IMG/VR virus record: IMGVR_UViG_3300031718_000006
Span: 3,494 to 67,493 of that record
Reading direction: 5' to 3' (one strand)
DNA from: a virus
DNA: 64,000 nucleotides
Positions 7,643 through 17,095 of the stretch are shown in pieces; the stretch's first letter is position 1, and the number at the start of each line of letters is the position of its first letter. The notes beneath the pieces were generated by a model that made no database searches, was not told the DNA's origin, and saw nothing but the letters and a program-made list of their open reading frames with translations. The position numbers were made by a program, and so were the translations under genes.

Positions 7643-10600
7643 GGGATTGAATACTGCGCTGAGACGATAAATTGATCGAGCGTGCAAGTCCCACCCGCTG
7701 TTGAGATATAAATGCCGATGATGTCTCCGGCAGCGAACGTCAGAGTTTGAGCCGTGCTAGTCCCAGTTCCCTTAGTCTGTGTGGTAGAAACCGCAGTTAC
7801 GGTTGATCCAACGTTTGTCGTCCCGTCGAACACATTAAATATCGGGACAGTTGAGCACGTTCCGCCAAGCGATGTCACTACTTGTAGATTTGTAAAGTGA
7901 CCCGCCGCATTTGCGACCGTCGAAGCGAGGACAGCGTTGATAGCTAGCGTTCCTAACACTCCGACACCAGAACTAAGCGTTCCGCTGGTGGGGCTAATAG
8001 TCTCCGTCATCGTGCCAGACGAGTTAGTGAATAGAGAGAATCCGGTCGCGGGTGCTCCTGCTAGCACGCGGAGTTGGGAGGTCACTGAGGTTGGAGCTTG
8101 AATACAAATCGAGGTTGCGGCGTTGCAAGGCGCGACCGCCGAACTGGTAGTTCCTTGCGGGAAGTCGATGAATCCCGCCGTGGTGCCGTTAGAGACGTGA
8201 ACCGGGCCGACGTATCCGCCAGTGTCAGTAGTGGTCACGTTGGTCGCGTTATCGGTGATTGAGGAATTAGTCGGCGCTCCACCTGCTCCGCCGCCTTTTG
8301 GCAAGACGTTGGTGTTAAGAATCCCTGAGGATGACTCCTGCGTGGTGGAGTTGAAATAGGGGATTCCGCCAGAGGTCACAGTGCCGGATACGGTCAGCGG
8401 GAAAGCACTCCCGCCTGCGGCGCCACGAAGGATTGCAAAGTAATTCGTATTGTCAGAATAGACGAACGCGCACTGGCCGGTGGTCAGGGCCAGCGTGGAC
8501 GCGCCACTTGTGTAGGCCGCTCCTGTTGTGTAGCTGATCGTGCTCGTGGTCGGTGTGATGGTCGCCGTGCCAGCTCCGATGTCGCATCCGACGAAAGTGA
8601 AATTGTTGGCAAAGTTGGTTGATCCGGCCTGCGGAAGAGTGACCGCGATGGAGGAGGCGTTCGAGAATGTCACGTAGGACGCTCGGTCGGTGAGCGCGAT
8701 GGTGTAAGTCGTTCCCGTCTGCGCGTCGGTCGGCACGCCAGCGGGAAGGAATACCGGAGCCGCCGCTGCGCTGCCGGAGGCTGTTTCGGTGAAGAATTGC
8801 GTTACGCCGTTGAGTGTGGACGGGCCGAGTAGTCCGCTCAATGCCGTACCAGTTCCAGCTCCAGAATAATAGGGAATGGCATATTGAGTGCTGGAATTGG
8901 TCTGCCCTGTTGGACAACCGGACGCTCCGGTACAGGTGAACGTTCCACCAGAGACATTGATGCCGTTGGCAAAGTTCGGCAGGTTGCTCCCGCAATCAGA
9001 AATCTCATATCCGTTGCTGGCATACACATACATTGCTACCTGATTACACGTCCACGATTGATTGCTTGCGCCGTTGAAGATCGTTATGGCTCCGGGCTGA
9101 TTGGAAATCGTAGAAACGTTGATGCCGCTTGTTCCCACTCCTAGGGAGTTAGGGAAGTGGGTTCCTGTATTCGTCCACGTAACACTGCCGTCTGAACAAG
9201 TTGCGCCAATGGAGTATGCGGTGCATCCGCCACCGCTCCAGTTAGGTTCCGACCCGCCACTGGTGCCGCTGATCGTCGCGAAGAAAACATAATTGCTGGC
9301 ATTGTTTACGGTGGGAAGAATCACGGTTGCGTAGGAATAAGTCTGAGTCGAACTCCAATCGTTGAGCGCGGTCAGTGCGGGCCGATGCGACCCACCGAGG
9401 AGAATATTCGCTAACGGGGGATTGTTGGCGTTCGAGTCGATCTGTCGGATGTTTACGCCAGACGCTCCAGCCTGCATCCCCACGCAGATGTTGCCTAAGT
9501 TCGACCCTGCCTGATAATGAATACCCTGGATGGCGTTGACCGCGTTGTACCCGACCGCTATTCCGCCTGTCGCTTCTACGTCAATTCCGCACTGGGTATT
9601 TTCGTTGATGGTGAAATCTTCAAGCGTGCCGTGGCTCCAAGTGTCCCACAGCAGCATTCCGACGTGAAACGCTCCGTATTTAGCGGTGCCATCGTTCACG
9701 CAATTGCCCTTGCTCTGGTTGCAGTAGTCCTCGCCGTGCTTGAAGGAGTCGTTATTTTGCGGCACGCTCGTCCAGATGTGATAGGTGGCCGAAGAAATCC
9801 GATAGATCGCGTGTGAGCCTGAATTGTCGATGAGGCATTGTTCTTCACAGGCGGAATTGTCGTAACCAAGCATCCCGTAGCCGAAGGCATGGACTTCGCC
9901 AACGTTCAAAAGTTTCGCGCCGAAGATGCCGCAGTTATTTGCATTGGGAGTGCCACTGAGGGCTATACACTCTTGCCCACCACTAGCGCCGCCGAGAAGA
10001 TCGAATGCACGCGGCCCTTGATACCAAAGCGCCGTAGGGCCAGCGACAGTAGCGCTCGATCCGCACGCAGTTGGATTGGCGCATGACACCGCATCGGGTG
10101 CCCATATCCAGAATGTTTCTGTTCCCGCCCCGCTGTTGGTGCTCGGCCCCGGATTACCCGGACAGTCGGAATCGGCGGCGGGCATGACACGGAATTTTCC
10201 GTTGTTCGCAGGGGCGGTGAAGTTGGAATTGTCGATAAATTCCCCACCGCGCAACTCAGCAGTGGTTCCGGCGGTTGAGTTGACCCAAGGAATCGTGACC
10301 GCCGCGCAACTGGCATTACCGCCGCTCTGGGGAACAATGGAAAGCGTCGAAATGCTGGAGTTGCCACAGAAATTATCCGTTCCGCCCGTCCCACCTGAAC
10401 CTGCCGTCCAGCAGCGGGTACCCGAGATCGCATAGAACTGCGAAGCGATGGTGACATTGACTCCGCCGAAGTCAATTACCGACGTATTGGCCTGTATCCA
10501 CGGAGTTTGCGGATTCAGCGTGCATTTACTCGCAACAGTCCCAACGCAACTGAAAAAGATGCGGCCAAAGAAGGGGGGGTTTACGCTGATGGGCGTAGTC

Positions 10601-11115
10601 GCAAATGCCCCTGTCGGATCAACCGAACAAGGGTTGCTTCCAAGAGTCAGCACTGCGGAGATATCGGAATGCGGATTCGCCGCTGCCGCCGCTGCTACCT
10701 GTACGCAAATGTCGGCCCCTGAGTAGAGATATGCGGGAATGGGGCCAGTGAAGCCAGCCAAGTAAGTCTGACCTGATCCAGTTGCAGATATCCCCTGCCC
10801 CAAGGCTGTGGCCGATGGAACTTGAGCCGTATTGGTTAGCGTCACGCTGCCACTTGTTCCGCCTCCAGATAAACCACTCCCAGCCGTTACCCCGGTAATC
10901 GTCCCTGACCCTCCACCCCCGCCGCAACTTGAGCCATTCGGCAACACGCAAACGAGTTGGTTCGCAGAGTTAAGGTATTGATACGCCTGATTGATGGCAG
11001 GATTCTGCGGAGCCTTAGTCTGCTTATTGAAAAGCATGACTTGAACGTTCGGAGCGATAACAGACTGCGCCATCGCCATAACAGAGAGAAACAGGATTGA
11101 GAGTAAGCGTTTCAT
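7639..11115 (-). CDS. large Gly/Ser/Thr/Cys-rich tail-fibre-like protein with signal peptide
   Basis: MKRLLSILFLSVMAMA/Q; GTITGVTAGSGLSGGGTSGSVTL and QTGTTYTIALTD fibre motifs. Confidence 0.8.
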   Translation of the reverse strand: MKRLLSILFLSVMAMAQSVIAPNVQVMLFNKQTKAPQNPAINQAYQYLNSANQLVCVLPNGSSCGGGGGSGTITGVTAGSGLSGGGTSGSVTLTNTAQVPSATALGQGISATGSGQTYLAGFTGPIPAYLYSGADICVQVAAAAAANPHSDISAVLTLGSNPCSVDPTGAFATTPISVNPPFFGRIFFSCVGTVASKCTLNPQTPWIQANTSVIDFGGVNVTIASQFYAISGTRCWTAGSGGTGGTDNFCGNSSISTLSIVPQSGGNASCAAVTIPWVNSTAGTTAELRGGEFIDNSNFTAPANNGKFRVMPAADSDCPGNPGPSTNSGAGTETFWIWAPDAVSCANPTACGSSATVAGPTALWYQGPRAFDLLGGASGGQECIALSGTPNANNCGIFGAKLLNVGEVHAFGYGMLGYDNSACEEQCLIDNSGSHAIYRISSATYHIWTSVPQNNDSFKHGEDYCNQSKGNCVNDGTAKYGAFHVGMLLWDTWSHGTLEDFTINENTQCGIDVEATGGIAVGYNAVNAIQGIHYQAGSNLGNICVGMQAGASGVNIRQIDSNANNPPLANILLGGSHRPALTALNDWSSTQTYSYATVILPTVNNASNYVFFATISGTSGGSEPNWSGGGCTAYSIGATCSDGSVTWTNTGTHFPNSLGVGTSGINVSTISNQPGAITIFNGASNQSWTCNQVAMYVYASNGYEISDCGSNLPNFANGINVSGGTFTCTGASGCPTGQTNSSTQYAIPYYSGAGTGTALSGLLGPSTLNGVTQFFTETASGSAAAAPVFLPAGVPTDAQTGTTYTIALTDRASYVTFSNASSIAVTLPQAGSTNFANNFTFVGCDIGAGTATITPTTSTISYTTGAAYTSGASTLALTTGQCAFVYSDNTNYFAILRGAAGGSAFPLTVSGTVTSGGIPYFNSTTQESSSGILNTNVLPKGGGAGGAPTNSSITDNATNVTTTDTGGYVGPVHVSNGTTAGFIDFPQGTTSSAVAPCNAATSICIQAPTSVTSQLRVLAGAPATGFSLFTNSSGTMTETISPTSGTLSSGVGVLGTLAINAVLASTVANAAGHFTNLQVVTSLGGTCSTVPIFNVFDGTTNVGSTVTAVSTTQTKGTGTSTAQTLTFAAGDIIGIYISTAGGTCTLDQFIVSAQYSIP

Positions 11116-11116
11116 G

Positions 11117-11809
11117 CTAGACCAGTATTTTCCCGATGATTTTCGAGCTTCCCGGTGCGGCAATTCCAGAGACAAAGAACCGCAAGAAGTTTGCCCGCAC
11201 TCCGACGATAATGACTCCCTGAGTCCCCGAAGGCGCTCCGCCAGCAATTGCTGCCACGCCAGAAATCTGCTGATATTCGCTGTCTACGTCAATCGCTGCG
11301 CCTTGCAGAACAACCGTTGCCGCTCCGGGGAGAGGAGTAAATGAAACATCGGCGCGAACCGTCTGCCCGTTGTCTGGGCCAACATTAGCTTGCAGTCCGA
11401 CCGCGATTGATGCGCCAGCAAACAAAGTCTCGCCAAGTTCGATCTGCGGAGCCGTTGCAAGGCCCGGAGAAACCGTGGTGCCGATATTCGAGTTTGCCAA
11501 CGTAAACTGAATTGTCCCTACGCCGTTTTCCGGGGTGTTGGTGAATGAAACTGCCGAAATGGTCGCATTGGTGACGTTGAAGTAGGCAGGCACCGCACCA
11601 GTGATTGAGACTAATTGCCCCGCAACCGGGAGTTGGCCTTCTTTAACAATCACGCCAATCGTGGCAGTGGTTCCGGAAAGTGCAACCGAAGTGATTGTCA
11701 TGTAAGTCGGTGCAACGATTCGGTTTAAACTACCAAGAAGATAGGTCGGCAAACCTGGAGTCGCCTGCAAAACACTGCGGTTGGCAATATTGATTTGATA
11801 CGCTGGCAT
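11117..11809 (-). CDS. virion/tail protein
   Basis: TITSVALSGTTAT...AGQLVSITGA beta module, similar to repeats in the 17096-21145 protein. Confidence 0.7.
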   Translation of the reverse strand: MPAYQINIANRSVLQATPGLPTYLLGSLNRIVAPTYMTITSVALSGTTATIGVIVKEGQLPVAGQLVSITGAVPAYFNVTNATISAVSFTNTPENGVGTIQFTLANSNIGTTVSPGLATAPQIELGETLFAGASIAVGLQANVGPDNGQTVRADVSFTPLPGAATVVLQGAAIDVDSEYQQISGVAAIAGGAPSGTQGVIIVGVRANFLRFFVSGIAAPGSSKIIGKILV

Positions 11810-11841
11810 GAAGTGCTCCCTCAGTAAGTGATCGGGAAACC

Positions 11842-13305
11842 TTAAAAATCTGCCTCTTTGGGGATGTAGATGATCGGCTTCCCTAGTTGCTGGAGTTGTT
11901 TACCTGCTCCGGGTTTACGGCTTCGTGCCAAGTCATGCAATTCTTCGCGGGGCACAGATGCCATGTAGCCTTCATTTTCTCCGCCGAAGCCGGGGCGTGG
12001 CTCAGGAATGAAGGTTGGGGAATCGGGTACCGACTTGCCGATTGGCCGCGTTTCCCTAGTGCCTATTTTCCCAAGTGCGCTAGGCGTGGATTTCTCAAAA
12101 TTTTTCATCTGCACTAAGCGATCTGCTGGGAGCGGACGGTATTGTAGTTCGCTTGCTTGCGGAGGCGCTTCTGGCCCTTGAGCAAGGCCGCTGGCAGCAT
12201 CAATTGCCTGAGCGGGTGGAGTTGGGATTGACCCCAATGCACTTGGGTTGGATTTCAGGCTGGCATTCATGCGCCCGAGTGCGGTTGGAGATTCAGCAGG
12301 CGTGCCAATGGTTCCTAATGCGCTCGGATTAGAACGCAGAGAGCGATTCATCGTTTCCGTCGCTGCAACTTCGGCGGGGTCGGCTGGCAACGGAGTGCTC
12401 ACGCGAGTCCGAATCTTGGAAGCGCGGCCTTCGGATACCGCTTGCGATAGTGGGCTTGGTGCGGCTCTTTCCGGTGGGATGCGTACCGGAATCGGCGCAG
12501 CACGGCGCTCCTTGATGGCCTGCGCGACTGGATCAATTGGAGCTTGGTCAGTAACGCGAGTCGGCAACGGAGCAGCCCTCCCTTCCGCCACAGCCTCATT
12601 CGTTCTAGAAATCATGCGGCCTAACGGAGAAGATTCGCGCCAGTATTTCGGAGCATCCTTAACTAAACTGAATGGCTTGGTGATGTCAGTGTTGAGCACC
12701 ATGTTACCCGCAGTTCGCAGGACGCGGCCTACCGGAACATCCTTTGCCGCCCGCGTTACTGGCCCTATGGCTTCAAGCGGAGCTACCGTGCCCGCTGCAT
12801 TTGCCACTGCACCACCTACATCACCAGTTCCAGCCTGTTCCCCGAGCTTTGCAGCCCACGGCCCAACTAGCGGAACCGCCGATGCTAGAACATGACCATA
12901 GCCCGACATTTTGTTCCCAGAAGAGAAGTCTTTCCCGGCTTTTCGCACTTCTTCTTCGGCGGGTTGAATTGCGAACTTGTTCAGCGTCGAATCTTTGCCC
13001 GTAAACCAATTGGGATTGTTTACTAAATCCTCTCCGACTCCATATGCGCCTTTAACTAGTCCCTTTACTCCTTCTCCGAAATTGGAGAGCATATTTCCCG
13101 GAGTGAATCCGTAGTTCTTCGGCAGTTCCTTTGGCTGATCGGCCATCGGCGCTTTAGTTACATGCGCTAAGAAGTTCGCTTGATCTTCTGGATTCAGTCC
13201 TGAAAATGCCGGACTGTGCGCCTGCAAAAAACGGGTCTGGTCATTGGGATTGAGACCCAAGAATGCTTTGCTGTTTTGCAGATCATTGGCGGAGAGGTCA
13301 GCCAT
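11842..13305 (-). CDS. internal virion (ejection) protein, putative
   Basis: Ala/Gly/Pro-rich; position in the podovirus ejectosome block; internal repeats. Confidence 0.6.
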   Translation of the reverse strand: MADLSANDLQNSKAFLGLNPNDQTRFLQAHSPAFSGLNPEDQANFLAHVTKAPMADQPKELPKNYGFTPGNMLSNFGEGVKGLVKGAYGVGEDLVNNPNWFTGKDSTLNKFAIQPAEEEVRKAGKDFSSGNKMSGYGHVLASAVPLVGPWAAKLGEQAGTGDVGGAVANAAGTVAPLEAIGPVTRAAKDVPVGRVLRTAGNMVLNTDITKPFSLVKDAPKYWRESSPLGRMISRTNEAVAEGRAAPLPTRVTDQAPIDPVAQAIKERRAAPIPVRIPPERAAPSPLSQAVSEGRASKIRTRVSTPLPADPAEVAATETMNRSLRSNPSALGTIGTPAESPTALGRMNASLKSNPSALGSIPTPPAQAIDAASGLAQGPEAPPQASELQYRPLPADRLVQMKNFEKSTPSALGKIGTRETRPIGKSVPDSPTFIPEPRPGFGGENEGYMASVPREELHDLARSRKPGAGKQLQQLGKPIIYIPKEADF

Positions 13306-14942
13306 TAGTGTTTAACCTGAGAGTTTTTCCATTTGTTTACCAGATCATCGAGGCTTCCGCCAGATGGAGTGTTCGCGGGTGCCCCACCCCCTCCCGGCTC
13401 GTTGCCCATCGCTCCCATACGCTCCATCCACGGTTTGATGTGGTTGATTGTGGCAATCAAGTTCTCAGGAGTCTGCTTTGGCGCATTGATGGCGCGGTCA
13501 AATTCTTCGCGGAGATTTTCCGGCAATCGGCCTCGCGCATGAGCCAAGGCAACCGCCGCAGAAAGCATCATCAAGTCAGCACGAAGCCCGGCGAATTGCG
13601 GGTTGTCCATACCGATCTTGCCCTGCATAAAGTCATTCCACCGTCCCGCTACAGGGCCGAGGCTATCTTTTAGCGTAGTAATTTCATTGATGACATCCGG
13701 GATGCCCTGTGCTGCGACTTGCGCCTGTGCTGCCACGTTCCTCATCTGGGTTGTCGGCCTGCCCTCAGTGGCGAAGCCTGACACGGTTTGCGTGCCGGGT
13801 GCCAACTGCGTTCCGGGGCGGGCTACTTCCGCCTGTCCGCTAGGTGTGATGACCATGACTTGCGGCGGTCGCTGCGGAGCTTGTTCAGCCTTGGCCCATT
13901 CTGCCCTCGCCAGCGCACGATTATGCGAGGTATCTGGGTAATGGTTATCTTTTAGCCAACTAGAATAGAATTGCTCGAAATCGTTGGCAGTCTTCGGTTG
14001 AGATTCTTTTTGGAGGCTCGTGATCGTATCCGCAAGCTGCTTTACCTTGGGGTCTTGATTAGGATCGACTCCGCGCTTCACCGCATCTTGAACTGCGGCG
14101 GAATACTGATCTTGAACCGTCTTTAGTTGTGGGTTTTCCAGATTCTTGGTTTCCTGTTTAGTCTTTTCGGTAGTGGCTTCGCGCTCTGGAACTTCAGCCT
14201 CAGTCGCGGCGGTAGTAGTGGCTTCCTGTCCAAGCTTAGTGCCTTGTTCTTCTTCCTTTGCACCACCCGCTGCCTTAGCGTTTAGATTCGCTTGTGTGCC
14301 GGGAATGTCATGCATCAAGTTAGGGACTAGCGCATCACCTGCAACGTTGCCGATCTCTCCGAAGGCATGACCTATTTTGCCAAAGACTCCGGGGTGATTG
14401 CCTATTGTTCCCCACGGTGTAGATTGCAAATAATGCGCCTTTTGTTCGCGCAACACTCCTTCTGCGGTGCTGAGCGCCCCGATTTTCTTCGTATAATCCG
14501 GGTCGCGCCAATCCAAGCCGACCATTGAACCCCGTAATGCAGCCTCTTTCTCTCCAAAATTACGCAGCGTATTCTGTCTATCTTGGTGTGCCCTAAACTC
14601 TTCTTCCGCCTTCGGGTTTTCAGCAAGATGCTCCGCCTGTCCCATCTTTTGAGTGGGAATCTCCTGTCCGGGAGGTACCTCGGTTCCAAGCACGGAACCG
14701 GGGAGAGCAGGAGCGGCAGCAGGCGGAGGCGTCTCGGGGCCAACGGCAACGTCGGGGGGAATGGCTTCAGGTTCACGACTCGTTCGCAAATCAGTAAGAG
14801 CGGTTTTGTCTCCGGGGGCTTCGGCGGCGACACGCATCCCTTTTGCTGGTTTGCCTGTATCCATGCGGACAAGTCCCGGCTCTACCGCAGAGGGCAGTTT
14901 AGGGTAGCCTTCGTCGTCTTTCTTTTTGTCGTCGTCTGTCAT
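13305..14942 (-). CDS. internal virion (ejection) protein, putative
   Basis: Helical, Ala/Gln-rich; synteny. Confidence 0.6.
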   Translation of the reverse strand: MTDDDKKKDDEGYPKLPSAVEPGLVRMDTGKPAKGMRVAAEAPGDKTALTDLRTSREPEAIPPDVAVGPETPPPAAAPALPGSVLGTEVPPGQEIPTQKMGQAEHLAENPKAEEEFRAHQDRQNTLRNFGEKEAALRGSMVGLDWRDPDYTKKIGALSTAEGVLREQKAHYLQSTPWGTIGNHPGVFGKIGHAFGEIGNVAGDALVPNLMHDIPGTQANLNAKAAGGAKEEEQGTKLGQEATTTAATEAEVPEREATTEKTKQETKNLENPQLKTVQDQYSAAVQDAVKRGVDPNQDPKVKQLADTITSLQKESQPKTANDFEQFYSSWLKDNHYPDTSHNRALARAEWAKAEQAPQRPPQVMVITPSGQAEVARPGTQLAPGTQTVSGFATEGRPTTQMRNVAAQAQVAAQGIPDVINEITTLKDSLGPVAGRWNDFMQGKIGMDNPQFAGLRADLMMLSAAVALAHARGRLPENLREEFDRAINAPKQTPENLIATINHIKPWMERMGAMGNEPGGGGAPANTPSGGSLDDLVNKWKNSQVKH

Positions 14943-14950
14943 CTGTCCAT

Positions 14951-15592
14951 CTACTGTTTGGGCTGGAAAGCCTTGACCAAATTCGCTCCTGTATCAACCG
15001 CACCAAGAAGATTCTGAAACCATCCTGATTTACCAGCCTGAATCTGGTCGTTGATGTCCTGACTTTGAATGCCCATCGCTTTCAGTTGAGCGCCAGTATC
15101 GACTCCATAAAGCCCTGCCATCCCTTCAGCGCCTTCCTGATTCAAAGCCTTTGCGCCCATGATGTCTTCGTTGCCGACTCCAAGGTTTGCTCGGCTCATC
15201 GTGGCGGCGCGGTCTCTTGCATTCTGATCGAGCGCAGAAGAAAATCCTGAAGTGTTGCGCGTTCTTGCGTCCTGAGAAGCCGCCTCACCCATTGCTGAGG
15301 CACCTGTACCGCCAGTGGCGCTTCCTGCGTAATTCAGCATCTCGCCCAACTGCGAGGGGTCGAAGGTGTGCTTCGCGTTCATCTCCGACTTGTAGAACGG
15401 AGTTAATTGAGAGCGTTCATTGGCTGCGTTAGAGCCTTCTTGCGATGCCACTCCGCCAGCGGTACTCTCGGCATTTTGGGCTTCTGAAGTGGCAGAGCGG
15501 TCACAGAGTTCCAGAGGGCCAGAATAATCATGCCATTCATGTTCTAAAACGTTGCCTTCAATATCCCATACAATCCGTGTCGTTACCCGCAT
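14951..15592 (-). CDS. DNA pilot/ejection protein, putative
   Basis: Ala/Gly/Gln/Ser-rich with C-terminal GWFQNLLGAV; synteny. Confidence 0.6.
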   Translation of the reverse strand: MRVTTRIVWDIEGNVLEHEWHDYSGPLELCDRSATSEAQNAESTAGGVASQEGSNAANERSQLTPFYKSEMNAKHTFDPSQLGEMLNYAGSATGGTGASAMGEAASQDARTRNTSGFSSALDQNARDRAATMSRANLGVGNEDIMGAKALNQEGAEGMAGLYGVDTGAQLKAMGIQSQDINDQIQAGKSGWFQNLLGAVDTGANLVKAFQPKQ

Positions 15593-16011
15593 TCAGCAGG
15601 CTCCTTCGTCATGCGTGACCAACTGTGAAACCCATCCCGATCCCTGCTGAATCCCAGCGACTTGAGGCGCTTTGCGAAACTCTTTTCGATCACGACTGGC
15701 ACCCAACAAACGCACTGATCCACACCTTTTTCCCAGTACGCTTCTTCCATGAACGCCTCGTTTAATTGCTGTACGGCAGCCCATCGCTGCTCGGGATTCG
15801 CGTTGTCGTGTGATACCCATAGATACAGTTCGGTCTCGATTTTTCCCGCTACGATAGCCACAACTTCGCCATCAACTTCGACGACTTTCTTGATAATGAA
15901 AAGCGGAGAGAAGAGGTCTGGGAACTTGAAATTAAAATGATTGGCCTCATGTATCTCCTTTGCTTTCTCTATGTCAGAGGAAGCAAAATCCCTTACGTGG
16001 ACGTTTTCCAT
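15583..16011 (-). CDS. GNAT-fold-like tail assembly protein
   Basis: VRDFASSDI...VVEVDGEVVA...RLKSLGF; typical position before ejection proteins; AGGAGTCTC SD. Confidence 0.6.
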   Translation of the reverse strand: MENVHVRDFASSDIEKAKEIHEANHFNFKFPDLFSPLFIIKKVVEVDGEVVAIVAGKIETELYLWVSHDNANPEQRWAAVQQLNEAFMEEAYWEKGVDQCVCWVPVVIEKSFAKRLKSLGFSRDRDGFHSWSRMTKEPAECG

Positions 16012-16036
16012 GAGACTCCTGACATTGCTTGTAAAA

Positions 16037-16618
16037 CTAAACAGTCCTTTTCGGGCCTCCGACCGCGCCTCTTGACTGCACCAACCCAATTCCCTGCCCA
16101 CCTTGCCCCGGCTTGGCCGTACCCGCCGCCTGCGAAGGTAAAAGCGTCATTGCGGTTAGTCCACTAAGCACAATCTTGGTTGGCCCTTGCGATCCGCCAA
16201 ATACCGTTGGCTCCGAAGGGAGGCTTCCGTGATACTGCACGATCCCACGAAGATAATAAGTAACCGGAAGCGGGGTTGAATCATTTGTCGGCAGAGTCAC
16301 AAATCCGGAACGGCTTGCACCCGTATCGACGGGATGCGGTGCCGAGAAATTAGGGTCATTGGCCGAGATTTCCGTGATGTACTGAACCCCCCTTTGGAGA
16401 GGGACATTATGGGTATGCACAAAATGAACTATTTCGCCCGGAACTGTGAGCGTATTGGTTGCGGAATCGTAAGCTCCCGCCACTTGGGTGTTATTTATCG
16501 GCGGCGGGGCAGGGATGCTCCCAAACACCCCCACAGCCGCGCTCTGTGCCACCCTGTTGATGCCGTTGACCATCCGCCGCAGTAATGAGCCTAGAAGTGG
16601 CTGATCCTGCTCCACCAT
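16037..16618 (-). CDS. virion protein, putative
   Basis: Fills the tail block; beta-rich. Confidence 0.6.
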   Translation of the reverse strand: MVEQDQPLLGSLLRRMVNGINRVAQSAAVGVFGSIPAPPPINNTQVAGAYDSATNTLTVPGEIVHFVHTHNVPLQRGVQYITEISANDPNFSAPHPVDTGASRSGFVTLPTNDSTPLPVTYYLRGIVQYHGSLPSEPTVFGGSQGPTKIVLSGLTAMTLLPSQAAGTAKPGQGGQGIGLVQSRGAVGGPKRTV

Positions 16619-16663
16619 CGCTAGTTCGCGGCTTCCGTCGATGTAGTTGCCTTGGGGAATAAA

Positions 16664-17092
16664 TCACCTCCTTGAAGCGTGCGCGAATTTATTGGGCGGA
16701 GCGTCGTAAATGCCGTTGGCCGCGTCATCGTGGTACTGTTGGCCGTAAACGTCGGCGTCGTCCGGATTGGCGAATTTTCCCATGTGTTGCCCAGTTGACA
16801 TGTAATGCCGCCACGCCTGATCGCTGGAATGTAGTTGGCCATTGTAGATTCGCGGATATAAAACTTCCATTCCGCTAGGGTCTTCGCGGCTCTCCGAATA
16901 AACTGTCCCGTAACTTCCGGGTGCGCCTACGCGGGAACTATTCCATGTGGACATATCCTTGCCGCCAACGGGAACGCGAGGCCGACCATACAACTCAATC
17001 GTTGGCGGAACGACTGGCCCTCCCATGCGAGGAGAGCGCGATTGCGCCGAGGTTCCGATACGGCCAAACCCTAAATCATCGTCAAGTGGCAT
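16664..17092 (-). CDS. hypothetical protein
   Basis: ORF starts 4 nt after the nozzle stop; YMSTGQHMGKF...ADVYGQQYH motif. Confidence 0.6.
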   Translation of the reverse strand: MPLDDDLGFGRIGTSAQSRSPRMGGPVVPPTIELYGRPRVPVGGKDMSTWNSSRVGAPGSYGTVYSESREDPSGMEVLYPRIYNGQLHSSDQAWRHYMSTGQHMGKFANPDDADVYGQQYHDDAANGIYDAPPNKFAHASRR

Positions 17093-17095
17093 AGG

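Noticed and set aside
11116-11247. N-terminal extension of the 1202-aa ORF
   Set aside because: It overlaps the upstream gene; the real start is likely ATG 11115, at the signal peptide.
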